Positions 37,901 through 51,869 are shown, numbered from the stretch's first letter. The stretch is 64,000 bases of DNA from Hamiltosporidium tvaerminnensis FI-OER-3-3 (GCA_022605425.2 CM061252.1:496001-560000), one strand, 5' to 3'. The notes: generated by a model not told the origin, from the sequence alone. Translations and numbers: made by a program.

Positions 37901-40827
37901 ATCTTTTCAAAAAAAAATATTCTTTTACTTTTACATATTATCTATCTAATAAGAATCAACAACTTTTTTATGATAAAAAGAAATTTTTACAAGCGAGAAT
38001 ATAATTTAAGGAATTTTAGAATCAAGAGTATTGTCCAAATATTTATTAAAAATTGGATTTATATAATACCAAAAAAACTAATTTCTTATAATATAATTTT
38101 TAATTCCATATCGATTTAATGTTAAAATTATACATCCCGTGCACTATTACAAATGAAATTCGAGCATTTTTATTATTATTTAAATATATGAATAAATTAA
38201 ATTTAAGCTGACTATGAATTAAGAAGTAAAAATAAGAGAAAAAATACTTTATCGAAATATCTACCCTATTTAGCCAACCCAATCCCAACTTACGGATACA
38301 TGTATATCTAAATCCTACTTGAATATTAAAATGTATCAAATATAACCTATTTGATTTCAATATTTAAGAGCATAAAAAAATGAAAAATTGAAAATTGAAG
38401 ACAGATTAGGTTTTAGAAGCAAAGATGTACTATTTAAACAAGTCTTATTGTATTTTTCCGGACTCAATAGATGAAAGTAAAAAATATTTATTCCCTATGT
38501 TCGAGTCTCAATTGATTTCAGAAAGTCTCAAAAATTATTTAAGAAAAATGAACAACTAGGTCCTCATTAAATTAAAAAAAAATTCGAAGTACAAAAACAA
38601 AACGTAGCTATAAACCTTAAGAAAATTCATGGATCCAGATAGAACCACTCAAAAGGGATAATATTATAGAAAAAAAATAAAAAAAGGATTATATTTTAAA
38701 AATGAAAGAAATTAAATTTTATAAATGGTTACTATATTAAAAAAAATATAAATTAAATTTTTTTTCGAATTTCATTAGAAAATTCAAAAAATCACTAGCA
38801 ATTGCTTTAAAAATATGTGAATGGTCGGTGTATATCGAAATTCGTTAGCTGAAATGATTTCCGTTATAGATTCAAATCTCATTCTTTAAAAATTCAAGTC
38901 GCATAAAATTTAATAAAAGTAAAGATTCCTACATATAACATGAGAAAGGAACTCTATTATTCGTGTTACTTTGTTCTATGTCTTAGAAAATCAATACAAC
39001 GCATCGTAATGAGATTTAGATATGTATTAATAATATATATATTTGAACTAATTTATGCAAAGAAGGAAAAAATTTTTTGACAAATTAAATTTCTATTAAA
39101 CAAAACTACACCATTTACTATTTTGTGGCGAATCTCTTTTAAAACGTACTTTGTGGTTTTTAAATTATTTTACTTCTAGTATTCCTTTTTTTACGGGTAC
39201 TGTATTTGCAAGGTATTTATGGCATCAGGATCAAATATTATTGTTTAAAGGTTACCAACAACCCAAGTGGAACCTTAAACTTTATAAGATGTACAATTAA
39301 ATTTATAAAAAAAAATTCACCAAGCAATCTTGTAGGTATTCACGGTCAGCATCAAAGACTCGTTTTAAACTTCTATAAGTGATTTTTAGCATTTTTCGTA
39401 AGAAATTTAACCATCTTTTGCATGATTATGTGGAGTATTTGTTTTCTTTTACTCATAAAAACAATTTTTTTGCATTTAAATCTATTTCTAAAACAAAATC
39501 TACTGTATATAGAGATTTTTCAATAAAGAATTAATGTCTATTATGTGCAATCAATTTTGTTATAAAATGTGACACTTATTTTAAAAACAAGTATTAATAT
39601 AGATAAATTAATGAGATCATCCCGATTAATAAATAAAAGTTGTTATAAATATTTAAATATACAAAAACCAGCAATGTCTGCCAAAATTTTAACTAGATAC
39701 AAAAAAGTGATATTTTCTTTTGGAAACTCGCTTAATCTGGTGATTTGCTTTCCTATAAAATATTTCAAAAAGTATTGTGAGTATACATAAATATCAAAAG
39801 CCTTTGTATTCTATTTCTTGCTTTTCTAACAAGTTCCAATGTTTTAATCATCATTAAAGTAATGAAACAATCAATATGTTTAGAATGGATAAAAACAAGA
39901 CACATTATAAAAAAGTTTTCGTAAATATACAATAATCAATCCTCAAAGACTCGCTTATCTTTTCCCTTTATACAGACTCCAGTTAAAAACAAAACCGAGA
40001 CTAGCACTTATTCTATTTTTCCCTGAAAATTATAGTTCTAATAGGAATATGGGTCAAAACAATTCCTATATACTTAGGATTTCATAAATTCTCTGTAAAA
40101 ATATTTATTAAGACTTTTTTTGATTTGCTTCGGGTTAACACAATAATGATTTTTTTTACTTTAAAATGTATCTAGAATATCTATGATAAATGAATTAGAT
40201 GTAAAAAGACTAACGATATTTTTGCTTGATTAAAAAATAATCTATAATTGGTATTTAAAAAAAATTATGTAATTTTTAGTGATATAATAAAAAAAATATA
40301 ATATTTAAAATCTTTACAAGTATTAAGATGCTGAATGATGTGGATTCGAAAAAATGTAAAATTTTTACGCTAAATTTTAGTTATCTATGCTGACATTTTC
40401 TTTGCTTTAGATTTCAATGTCCATGAAATAAACGTGTAGATCAATTTTATTATGTCTATAATCTAATTGGTATTGGTTTCAGCTTATTAAGTAAAAAAAC
40501 ACATTGATAGAATCTTCATAGGTGTTCGGACTTTGATTTAATGAATTTAATGAATATTGTGCCATTTACTTTTTTGAGGCGAAGAATCTGATATTAAAAT
40601 ATCATTATTTAGTGAAAGATCTTTGTGGCATAGATAATTAAGCGTCTGATAGACTTCTGCTTTTGTTTTAAATAATATGTGGCTGACGAAATCATTCTTT
40701 ACAAGCCTAGTTACACCTGCGGTTTTTTCTATTTAGACTGAAATATACATCTAGTAGCAATCCATAACGTTTTCTTCGACTTGGAACAAATAATACACAT
40801 TCTATTCGCAAAAGTTTAAATAGAAGC

Positions 40828-40930
40828 GTGGTGAGAAGATAATCTATTAAAACCTATTTGGTTGGCAATGAGTGCGTAGAATTGAAGTGAAATTCATCGC
40901 TGCAATTTTTGTGGGGTATAAAGTCACCAG
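40828..40930 (+). repeat. Diverged 5' fragment of the ~730-bp repeat family
   Basis: GTGGTGAGAAGATAATC...TTGGCAATGAGTG...GAATTG..GTGA...TTTTTGTGGGGTATAAA aligns with the first ~100 nt of copies 1-3, then diverges. Confidence 0.6.
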
Positions 40931-42839
40931 ATCCATAAGTCGATCCCCTATGATCCCGAGTTACAAAGGAATAAAAGAATCAAATAGAAAACTTCCAATT
41001 GTTTATCCTCAAACCGAGAAGTAAAAGAGGAATGGAATAAGTAAAGGAATAAGTTATTAAGAAATTAATTCTTAAATGATTTAAAATTTGGAGTTTTAAG
41101 AAAAGTTTTTTTGGTTGAAGAAATTAGCTGTTCGAACACAACCACCCGTAGATTCACACGCTTAGTAACGTTTCAGAAAGATTTTTATGAAATAGATAAC
41201 GTTTCAAGAAAGTTTATCAGCAAGCTTTCCATGATCGCAATTACTTATAATTATATTTTTTAGAAGATTAAGTTCTTTTAGAAATTTCTGTAAATATATG
41301 AAGTTTTCAATAAAATTTCAGAATTAAATTGATCACAAACTTACGTGATTGATAACTTTAATTGTTTTAATTTTAATACATACCTAATTAAATCATTTTT
41401 TTTAGCTCTAATAAATTTTATTATCGTTTAAATATATATTTTATCTGTTTTTATCTAATATCAAATCATGACATGATGTTCTATTCTCTCTGAAATGCCT
41501 GAAAAAGTTGGGAATTTTCTATTCTAAAATATTTTTTATATTTGCTATCAGTTAAAGTTTTATCATTTCTGATTTTTTAAAAAATATAAATATAGCAAGG
41601 TTTATAAAATTTGATGAATGATGGCATAAATAATAATTTTGGAAATGATTTCCAAAATTCAACTTTTTACTTGAAACAAAGAACAAAAAAACCACGAGGA
41701 AATAACAACCATACCACAAAACAATCTAAAGCAAAAAGAAACTTTATTTTCAATGTTCGAAACTACGAGGAAATAGTAGTTATTTTTCATGAAATGGTCA
41801 AAGATACAATTTTATTTGAGAAAAATGCATTAAAAATGGAATACGGGATGCAACAAAAAATTTTCCCGCTGTTAAATAAAGCCAAAAAACTGTTATATCT
41901 ATACTACAAGAAATATTTATATACTATTGACCGAACTTCCAATATATATCTTGAATCTCTATTTTCTTATTTTGAATGATTATCTTCTATAATTTTAATA
42001 AATTATATTTTTATATATTTGTTTACAGTTCGATAATTTATTAATTTCTAATCTAATATTTAGATCTCGTAAAATTTATTGATGAAAATTTTTTTACATC
42101 GATTCTAAAGTAAACTTTTGTATAACATTTATATTTATTTGATAAAATAAAACACTATAGATTGCAGATATACCATATATCGAATTTTTAAATAAAAATA
42201 AATATATAAGCCTTTCTTTTTCTTTGGATTTATTTAATTCGGCACCAATATGTAAATGAACATTTTATTAATGAATTCTTTATACAATTTTTTCTTTTTC
42301 AAATCCCAAATAACAAAAATATGTTTGTATATAATTTCATTATCCTATTTTCAAAATATTCAGACGGCTCCGAATAAATCCAAGACGCATAATTATTTCA
42401 TTGTTTTAAGGATAATCAATAAAAAATTGTTTGACATTTATTTACAAAAGAAAGCAATAAATGATTACAAGTGGTTATTTTTAATATTAGAAATCTTTAA
42501 TCAAATTTTATTATCAGTATTAGATAAGAAAGCCCCAAATTAAAAAAAAATATTTTCAAATAGATTATATTTATAAAAAACTCAACGTTTAATGTTAAAG
42601 AAAATATTCTAAAATTATCAAATGCATTAAAAAATCATTAATTTAATAACCTTTATATTTTTTGCCTGGTTTTTTATTTGAGTTGCAAAAACTTGAAATT
42701 CTAATATTTTCGTATATAGTTTAGGCTATTTTTTAGAAATTTACTTGGTTTTATACTAACAGAAATGGGAGATATTGTTTTATTTATTTATATCTCCCTA
42801 TTATTCAATAATCTCATATTTGATTTACGTTTAATATGT

Positions 42840-43270
42840 AAAAGAAGATTTCACCTTCTGCGTTTTAATTAATTTCTTGATTTGAACATTCTGCTGTTTG
42901 ATTATAAGAAGTCTTTTTGTTGGCGTATCTTTGCAAAGTGGAAATATATTGTACTAAGTTTTCCGCTCATTATATTACATACTTGTAAGCCCTTTACCAC
43001 CCGAATAACTTCTAGTCATGGTTAACTAGTCAATCTATCAACAAAGAGGATTTCAGCGGCCTTTCTGAATAATTTAGAACAAACGCATACTTATATTCTT
43101 ACCAATATATAATGATTCTAATATAAATCAATAACATTTTGTTACCTCCCAATTAAAACTCAATAAATTAATAAGCACTAATCAATAAATACGACTCAGT
43201 ACATTTGTTAGCGTGTCGTATTAAGTACTCTTTTTAATACAATTATCTTAAGGAGCCTATAAACAAAACC
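42840..43270 (-). mobile_element. Possible small LINE fragment
   Basis: Minus-strand GGKGLTS near 43000 resembles the GGRGL motif downstream of non-LTR RT domains; little other support. Confidence 0.3.
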
Positions 43271-44670
43271 AAAGCCGTAATAATTGCCCATTTATAAGTT
43301 TAATTAGTAAGTAAAAATTGCGTGTCTAAATGCCTATTTTGAGATCTCTATCTGTGTGATATTCTTACTCTTTCCTCGAGAATTTCTTCAACAAGATCGT
43401 AGTAGATAGATTTTTTTAAAAAAACATAATTATATTTATTTTAAAAATCAAATTTAGGATTTCATTCATTCCTTTAGTATTTCTAGTATTCTTCCTAATA
43501 TATTTTGACACCGAGTTACCAAGCACCTCACTTCCTTCTTTCAGAATTTCATAAAATCGGCGTTTACTTAATATCCCTTTTGTGATTCAAACGTTCAGAA
43601 TATCATAAAATAAGGCTTGATCCTGTAGTTTGATATTCCTCCTTTTTAGCAGTAAAATAAAATAAGAAATATCAACATTCATATTTTTCAGCGTTATTTA
43701 TTGTTAGATATGATTTCTCGTTTTCTATTTTGCTGTACCATGAAATTATTTTGAATTTTCAATTGACATTGAACAAATTCACAATCTAAAATAATTAAAA
43801 TAAATGTAAAATATTCATCATTACAACGTGAGTTTTTGGTCTTAGCCTGCATTTATATTTTTTTTCGGCTGATGATATACATTATTTCTTTCTAGACAAT
43901 AAATGAGAGACAATTATTAGTTTAATTTTATTGCAAGAGTTTTTATTTCTATTTCGAACTATATATTTATTAACTCTTCCTACACATTCATCTGAGTATG
44001 ACTTTGTTTTGTTATAATATTATTTGTTTTATATAATTTAACTTCGAAAATTCGTTTATTTGAAGTTGAATGCCTTCAAATGATAGTCCATTGCCCAGTA
44101 TTCAATTTCTTATGAAACAAATAATATTAGGTGTTATTTATTTAAAACGATTCTTTTTTTTAAATATTAATGGTCTCGTCATTTCTATGCCAATAAATGA
44201 GTTTTAAATAAAAGTTTTGGTACTATTCCATATTATTTTTGTGTATTTGTTGATTTCGATAACATAATTAATTAAATGCCAGCATTTTTTTGCAAACTGC
44301 AAATAGTTTCCGATTCCCCAGTCTTTATTTCTAGGTCTAGCTTTTATATTTTAAAACCCCCTTTTTCATTAAGATTGAACCAACCAGGTGTTGTCGAGGA
44401 GCCTGAAACAATAGATAAAACAAATAGTTATTTTTCGTAACAAACCTTTTTTTCATGCCATCGTCATATTTAATTATTTTACATCGTTTCTACATAATAG
44501 AAACATACACAACACAAACAATAAAGGAGACAAGCTATCATTTGAGAAATATAATTTTCATTTTTTTATTCATATGGGTTTTCCAACCCTAAAATATTTA
44601 CTTTTAATTTTATTTGTTTATTTTCAAAGGAGTGAGTTTTTAGAAAATAATTTATAATATCAAATTATAA

Positions 44671-45404
44671 GTGGAGGGAGGATAACCACATAAAAAACTT
44701 TCTGCTTGGAATTGTGTGTGTGAAACTGGTGTGAGATGATTGTTTGGATTTTTGGTGGGAATAAAACCACACTACATCTTCGGTTGTTCCATGGGAGTTT
44801 TTATGAGGAGGAGAGGTCTAAGAAATGGAGAAACTTTTTCTACGAATATATTTGTAGTTTTTTATGTAACCAGATTGCAGACCGCAGCTGAACATGTAGG
44901 TAATCGCCATGTAAAAGCATGGAAACCTAGCCTTGCTCACTCGGGTTAGAAGACTTAGCGCCTGGGAGATATAAAACAAAAAACCATTAAAAGCCGGGAG
45001 AGCTAAGTAGCAGGTTATACCTGTTGGTATGACATTGCACTGTCTAGGTGGAACCCATGTAATTCTCTGAAATATATCTTAGCTAGAAGTTTATTGGGTT
45101 CAGAAAGTGTAGAGTAAGTGGGAATGCTGCATAGTCTTGGGGGAGCCCAGGGGGGCTTCGGCCTTCGATCACACTCCATGCAACGGACATTAACGAACTC
45201 CGGGCAACTGCCTCGCCTAGTAATTAGGTTCTACACACCTGGTAGATGAAAGGCTTTGGGACGTAGGTATCGCAGGGGTTACTGATGGAGTTGTGGGGTA
45301 GCAGTTATTTATGTTAAACCTAGAACTGCGTTAATGTCATGAAAACAAATATAACACTTGCCACTGTTTTAAAAAAGATGTGATACTTTTAAATAAAGTT
45401 TATA
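44671..45404 (+). mobile_element. ~730-bp non-coding structured retroposon-like repeat, copy 2
   Basis: Highly similar to copy 1; flanked by the exact 19-bp direct repeat TTATAATATCAAATTATAA (44652-44670, 45405-45423). Confidence 0.9.
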
Positions 45405-45780
45405 TTATAATATCAAATTATAAATTTAGTTATTTTTGAGATTTTAAATTATTTTATAAAAAGGCCCACTTTTAGACTTAAGAATGCGATTTAACTTTTG
45501 AAGAAACTTATATTTAAAATAAATATAAGAAAATCAAATTGTAAGGAAAAAATTTAAATCATTGTTCATACTAAATAATTGCTTTGCTTTTTTCAATAAA
45601 AAATAAAAAATTTAATTCTCAGAAAAAAAATTTAAAAAAAAAATAATTTAAATATTATTCAACCTAATTTAGAACATGGATTTTTTTGTATAGAAAACAT
45701 TTAAAAAATAAATCTTAAGAATTTAAAATAATTGAAAAAATTAAATATTTTTTTATTAAAAATCCAACCCATCAACTTCG

Positions 45781-47352
45781 ATGAATCCACAAAACAATTC
45801 TAACAGCATATACAACACCCTTTTATTTTCCTCAACACCAAAAAAAGACCAAAGAACTGAGACATCTTCATTTGGTTCCACTCCTTGGTCACAACAGATT
45901 TCACAACCAGTGTCTACAATTAAAGGTACAAAAGATACGCCTTATAAGAAATCATCTGTAAGAGACACGGTTACACATTTTCCTATTGATATACTTCATA
46001 TATGTTCTATGAAAGAATATTCTGACAAATGTATAGAAGAAATTAGAAATGAGGATTATATCTTAGGAAGAAAACAACAAACCTCTTCTTCTTTTCAGAT
46101 GCCTTCGATTCAACCTACTTTTTCTTCTTCCACACAAACAACCTCTTCTTTACTGCCACAACAAAATTTTTCTTCTGTTTTACAACAGCCTGCGGCACCT
46201 TCGTTTCTTTCAAATCAAAATACTTCCTCAATTTCTCAACCTGCATTTAATTTGAACAAACCCGTTTCCTCTACACAACTTGGATCAACACCATCTTTTT
46301 TTTCTCAGCCTACCACTTCACAGAGTAGTTTTTCACTTACACAACCCTCCTTTCAAACCGGTATTGCTACAGGTCAACCAACGGGAATCAATTCTGGAAT
46401 ATCTACTGGTTTTCCATCTAATCAGCCTTTGGGTGCTTCTTCTACGACTTCAAATATTTTTGCAAAACCCCAGACTACGCAACCTTTTCAGTCTTCTTTT
46501 CTTCAAAATACTACAACAGCACCGAGTTTTACGCAACCTTCTTTCCTTCAACCCTCTGCAACAGCACCCAGTTTTACGCAGCCATCTTTTCTTCAAAATA
46601 GCACAACCGCACCGAGTTATACACAGCCTTCCTTCCTTCAATCTTCTACTTCTGCACCAAATTTCACTCAAAATATTCCAAGCCAGCCTTCATTTGGCCA
46701 ACAAAATATGCCACAATCATTATTTCCACAGAATATTACAAATCAACCAACACAAAGTAATATATCAGTTCCTTCTGTAAATTATGCCGATCCCTATCTC
46801 GTTTCGGATATCAGATTTGAAAAAGCAAAAAGAGAAACCGATATAAACCGTAAGAAATTTTTAGAACCAATTTTTGAAATAGAAGATCAAATGAAAGAAG
46901 AAAAAAACGAATTTTCCGTTTTCAAAGATTTCAAGGATTTAAATAACACAATATATACAATTCCAGCCACAGAAGGATTGGATCTAAACGTAGTAATTAG
47001 CAATCTAATTATAGTTTTTGAAAAGAAAGGAAGAATCGAATATTTAGAAGGAATACGAGCCAAAGACTGTCGAATAGAAAATATAAAGAATAAAATTTTT
47101 TTTAGTGGCAAAGAAGTAAAAATCAGCGATAATATCGGTACAGGACTTAATAAAAGAGCAAGAGTGTATGTAGAAGGATGTTATCCGTATAGCAGAGGAA
47201 CTGGTGGATTTATTATAGGAAAAAAAGAGGAGTTTCCTTTAAAAGGTGTACAGGAAAGGTACATTTATGGATTGAAAAGTGATAACTTTAGAAAGTTTGT
47301 GGATTATGATTGTGAAAAGGGAATTTACAGTTATGAAGTTGCACATTTTTAG
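45781..47352 (+). CDS. Nup98/Nup116/Nup145N-like nucleoporin
   Basis: GLEBS-like motif (HICSMKEYSDKCIEEIRNEDY), S/T/Q/P-rich Phe repeats, and a C-terminal Nucleoporin2/peptidase S59-like domain (YTIP...GRIEY...GTGLNKRARV...FVDYD...YEVAHF). Confidence 0.88.
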   Translation: MNPQNNSNSIYNTLLFSSTPKKDQRTETSSFGSTPWSQQISQPVSTIKGTKDTPYKKSSVRDTVTHFPIDILHICSMKEYSDKCIEEIRNEDYILGRKQQTSSSFQMPSIQPTFSSSTQTTSSLLPQQNFSSVLQQPAAPSFLSNQNTSSISQPAFNLNKPVSSTQLGSTPSFFSQPTTSQSSFSLTQPSFQTGIATGQPTGINSGISTGFPSNQPLGASSTTSNIFAKPQTTQPFQSSFLQNTTTAPSFTQPSFLQPSATAPSFTQPSFLQNSTTAPSYTQPSFLQSSTSAPNFTQNIPSQPSFGQQNMPQSLFPQNITNQPTQSNISVPSVNYADPYLVSDIRFEKAKRETDINRKKFLEPIFEIEDQMKEEKNEFSVFKDFKDLNNTIYTIPATEGLDLNVVISNLIIVFEKKGRIEYLEGIRAKDCRIENIKNKIFFSGKEVKISDNIGTGLNKRARVYVEGCYPYSRGTGGFIIGKKEEFPLKGVQERYIYGLKSDNFRKFVDYDCEKGIYSYEVAHF

Positions 47353-50273
47353 GAAAATGCATTATTTTATATAAAAATAAAATTATATCTTATTTACTTA
47401 TTTTAAATAATTTTGAATTTTTTATAATTCTCAACACTGAGATGTACAAAAAGACTTGAATATATAAACGAATTATACTTTTTTGTTACTTCAATATCGT
47501 TTGGAATTCTTGTTTTGTAAATTATTTTTATTTTTAATATTTTTTGATTAATAATCCTAAGTTAATATTTTTTAATGTAAATTTTGCCTTAACTTATAAA
47601 TTTCAGATAGTTGATTTATGAGGAAATCGGAATTTAGTAGAGTGTTAAGTTTAAAATATGGATTTAATATTTAATTGGTGCGTTTAAATAATATTTGTAT
47701 TAAAATAATTATATTATAAGTCGTATAAATATAAAAAATTGTTTCTTAATTTAATTTGTCACATTTAAACAATAGATTTTTAGAAAAAAAATATTATAGG
47801 TCAGTATAAATCTTGAAATTAAGAAAAGTTGAATGAATTTTTGTGGAAAATTGCAATATAGATTTTAATACACAATTTTGTTTAAGTTTTATTTCTATGA
47901 TGTGAATTCTTATGAATGATATTTTTTGACAGTTTTTTCTACAATATGATGTATATATAAATAAAAGATAAACTTTTTATATTAGATAATATTAAAATAG
48001 TATGGTTATTTTGATTGTGGTTAAAATACATTGTAATGTATCTTATGAAAAAGTAACAAGTGTGTATTTGATTAAAAGTTCTATATTATGCGCGAGAAGT
48101 AAGATTATTTTAAACTCAACAAATAAAAAAATATTGATTCATATTAGTCACTGATGATATAATTTTTGATCAAGGGAAAATATTTAATATAGAAAACCAA
48201 ACAATTGTAAAATTTATATGTAGAACAAATCATCTTGTATATTATTTTTTCAGTAACTTTGGGTTTCTTAGATTTTAAAAATATATGATTTTTGTTTTGA
48301 ATCATTAAAAATTATTGAGAATTCTTGATTACTTGATTTCCTTCTTTCGATCTAAAGTATTATTATATTTGTTCAGATATTCTTAATCAATCAAATTATT
48401 ATTTGATAAATATATGTAAGCTGATTTATATGTGTATCACGCTGTGTGATGAAAATTCAACTTATCTAGATATTTGGGTTTTACTACATATTAATTGTTT
48501 ATAGGTTATTAAAAATTGATGATTAAATATCTTATCATAAACACTGTGTTATAAATATCATAAATAAAATATTTTTGCTATATCATGTTTTAGTCGAATA
48601 ATAAAAATGAACTTCGACAGACCAGTGTTTTTTACATTGGATTATTTGGCGGTGGATCATAATATTAATAATCCATGAATAAATTTTCTTATTTGTGAAA
48701 TATTTATACAATTTTTTTTTATAATTGTAAAAATCGTTTTTCATTTGATAATATTTTTTTGAATCAACAAGTTCTTACGAATTAATTGTCTGTTTCCATA
48801 AATCATCTTTGTAGTATGAAATCTAGATTCAAAACCTATAAATTACAATTTACAATATTTTAAATTTTGTTTTCTATTCTCTATGATTTAATTTGCCCAT
48901 TTAGAATTCTAAACTATATACCATTGATTTTCTTTGAAAGATACAAATTAATTGGAATTCCCAGTACATATATTAACAAATTCTGCAAATTTTTACCATC
49001 ATTCTTTAAAATAATTAATGGTCTTTGTAATGTTATATTGAAAATAGACTTTAGAAATTCATATTTATCTAAAATAGTTTCGTTTTTAGTGTAGAAATTA
49101 TGAATCATTTGTGTTTTATACTAACATGTTTGGTATTTATAAGTTTACGTTAGAAACTTTCCAATTATTTCGTTCAATTTAGTTATATCTCAACCCTGAC
49201 GACCTAATATTTTAAAGTTTTACGTTTTTTAGAAAACTTGGAAATTCAAATTTCGATAAAATAGCTCAAGTATAAACGATACTATAATATTATCGTAAAA
49301 AAACCGCTGAATGTATATTATTTATGATTTTAGAATTTAAATGGGAACATAAATATTTGTTTCTTTATTTTTTTTTACTATTTTTACAATTATTTTGCAT
49401 CCGATAGAATATCAGTAATAGAAAAGACAATTCCTTCTATGAAAAAAAATAACTACGATCTATTAATAAAAACTTTACCGCCTATAAACGAAAAATTTTA
49501 TTATTAACACCATTACATGTTGAAGGCAGATGTTAGAGGCCCTCTTTATCTTATAAGTCTTGTATTTATGTAGTAATGTATGCTTGTAAATTATGATATT
49601 ATACAGTTGAGACGATATCCTATAGTTCTCCTTTATTAGTCGATCTTTGAACCGGTAATATTAGATTATTGACGTTTCATCACTTATTGTACTACCAATC
49701 AAATGCACGTAGAAACAGTAATCATCTCCCGTCATACAGTATATTAAATAAATTAATTTAACATAAATTACTAATTATTTATTATGAATCCTGTATTTTT
49801 ATAAATTATTATAATAAGCACATTTTCATCATAATTAAAAATGCGGGTGATAATTTATGTTTCGTATTCAAGATATTGTGATATACAATCTCGTTTGACA
49901 TTTGAATCATAATCATTTTATATTTTAAACATGAAATCGTATTTGTCAATCGATGTAAAAAGTTTGATAAAAGAAAATATTTTATCATGATAAATATATC
50001 AAATTTTTATGATATAACAAAAAAACATGGGAATATGATTATATTTTAATTTAAGTATTAATTTAAATTGTTATTTCTAGAATATATAGTTTTATATCAA
50101 TAAAATATAATCTACGATAAAGGAATTATATCTCTAATTGACATATTATAAATGATTGATTTAAAAGATTTTACCCGATCTAGAACATATCTAACCATTT
50201 ACCCGAAATAGATATATGTGGATTTTCCAATAATATAACATCAAAAGTTTTAATTTGTTATATCCCAGACAAT

Positions 50274-50732
50274 ATGACATTTATAAAAGATTTTGAAAGA
50301 AGTTATAAAAAAATGTATTTTAGTAAAAGAAATAGAGATGTTTATGTAAAAGAGAATGAAGAACGACATGTATCTAATATAAGAAGTGAAAACGCACTCT
50401 TAAAAGCAAGCGATAGGTTTTTTCACGAACAAAAATCACCCGAAACATATAGAGAGTCATATTCGAGAAACACCAGAAAACCATTTATTTATGATCCTAG
50501 ATACAGAGCGGAAAAATCTGAGTATTTTGATAGAAATGAAAAGTATTACATAACGCAAAGCAACAGGCCTCACTATACAGATCGTAATTTAATAAGAGAT
50601 GAGATTCATTTATTACCAAAGAGGACAAAACCAGGCAGTAATTGCTATTACGATAGCGAGAAAGAAGAAAATTCTTTGTTTTATGAAGCTGCACAGGGTC
50701 TTCTTAAACTTTATTATTACCAAGATTTGTGA
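50274..50732 (+). CDS. Hypothetical hydrophilic protein (152 aa)
   Basis: ATG ORF with CCC at 50264-50266; charged, low-structure sequence ending in a short amphipathic EAAQGLLKL helix. Confidence 0.7.
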   Translation: MTFIKDFERSYKKMYFSKRNRDVYVKENEERHVSNIRSENALLKASDRFFHEQKSPETYRESYSRNTRKPFIYDPRYRAEKSEYFDRNEKYYITQSNRPHYTDRNLIRDEIHLLPKRTKPGSNCYYDSEKEENSLFYEAAQGLLKLYYYQDL

Positions 50733-51869
50733 TTAAAGTAGATATTTGCTATTATTTATATATTTGGAAATCTAATTTATTTTGGTTTTTTTTTAATCTG
50801 TATTTCTTATTTTTGGTAAATTGATTATAAAAATCTTTTTTATCTTCTTTTTTTTCTAATCTCAAAGAAAGTTTCATAGGATATTATAATGGTAGACATA
50901 ATTTCATTGTTTTAGTCATCTTTATCCACTTAAAAATTTACATTTTGGATAGTAAAATAAATGTATTTCTAATTTTTGAATTCAATAAAAATTCCTTTAA
51001 TTTAAATTATTCATTAAAATTAGAAAAAATAAAACATGAGTTTTAAGATTTTCTGAATCAATGAAATTCTCTTTAATTTTTTTTAAGAACCTATGAATTT
51101 ACAAGACTATAATATATATAAGTAGAATCTATAGAATGATTTATCTTTGCCAATTTACTGTTTTAAGTATTTTAAAAATTGTTTTTAAGAAACTTATCAT
51201 AATAAATATTTAAAGTTTAGTAAGAGATGAATTTATTTATCAATTATTTAATCCTAGTAGAAAAATCACGAAAAATATTTTCTAAACAAAAATTATTGCT
51301 TGAATTAAAATGAAAAGGCAAAGATTATTATAAATGAAGCATAATTCTATTAAATTCAACGGGAAAACACAAAAAGAAATATATATTTCGCAGAAAAAAA
51401 ATTGTAAATTTTAAAAGTTCTCTGTATTAACTTCATCAAATCAGATTTAAATATAAAATGTTTTGTTTTAAAGAATTATCAAGATTGCTTTTAAAAAAAT
51501 TATTGATCTTAAAAATTTATTTCGGAATTTCCGAAAAAACTCGTATTAAATTTTAGTTTTTAATTTTAGATATCTTGTTTGTATCATATTACATTATTAG
51601 AGTATTTTTTTATAACTAAAAACCAATTCAGTTAATCCAAGTCAAGTTTTTTTTTGTATAGATCTTATGTTAGTTAGTCGATAAGTTTCAACGAAAATAC
51701 CAATATTTTATAAAACTGAACAAAGCCAACGTACAATAAGCCAAAATAAAGATTTTGATTTTATCAACGAATGTTTAAGCTCAAAATCACTTTGTTTAAT
51801 TGTCGTAAATTTAATCTTGAAAGTGTTATACTATTAACGTAGAATAGTGTATTTTATAGGGCAAGAATC

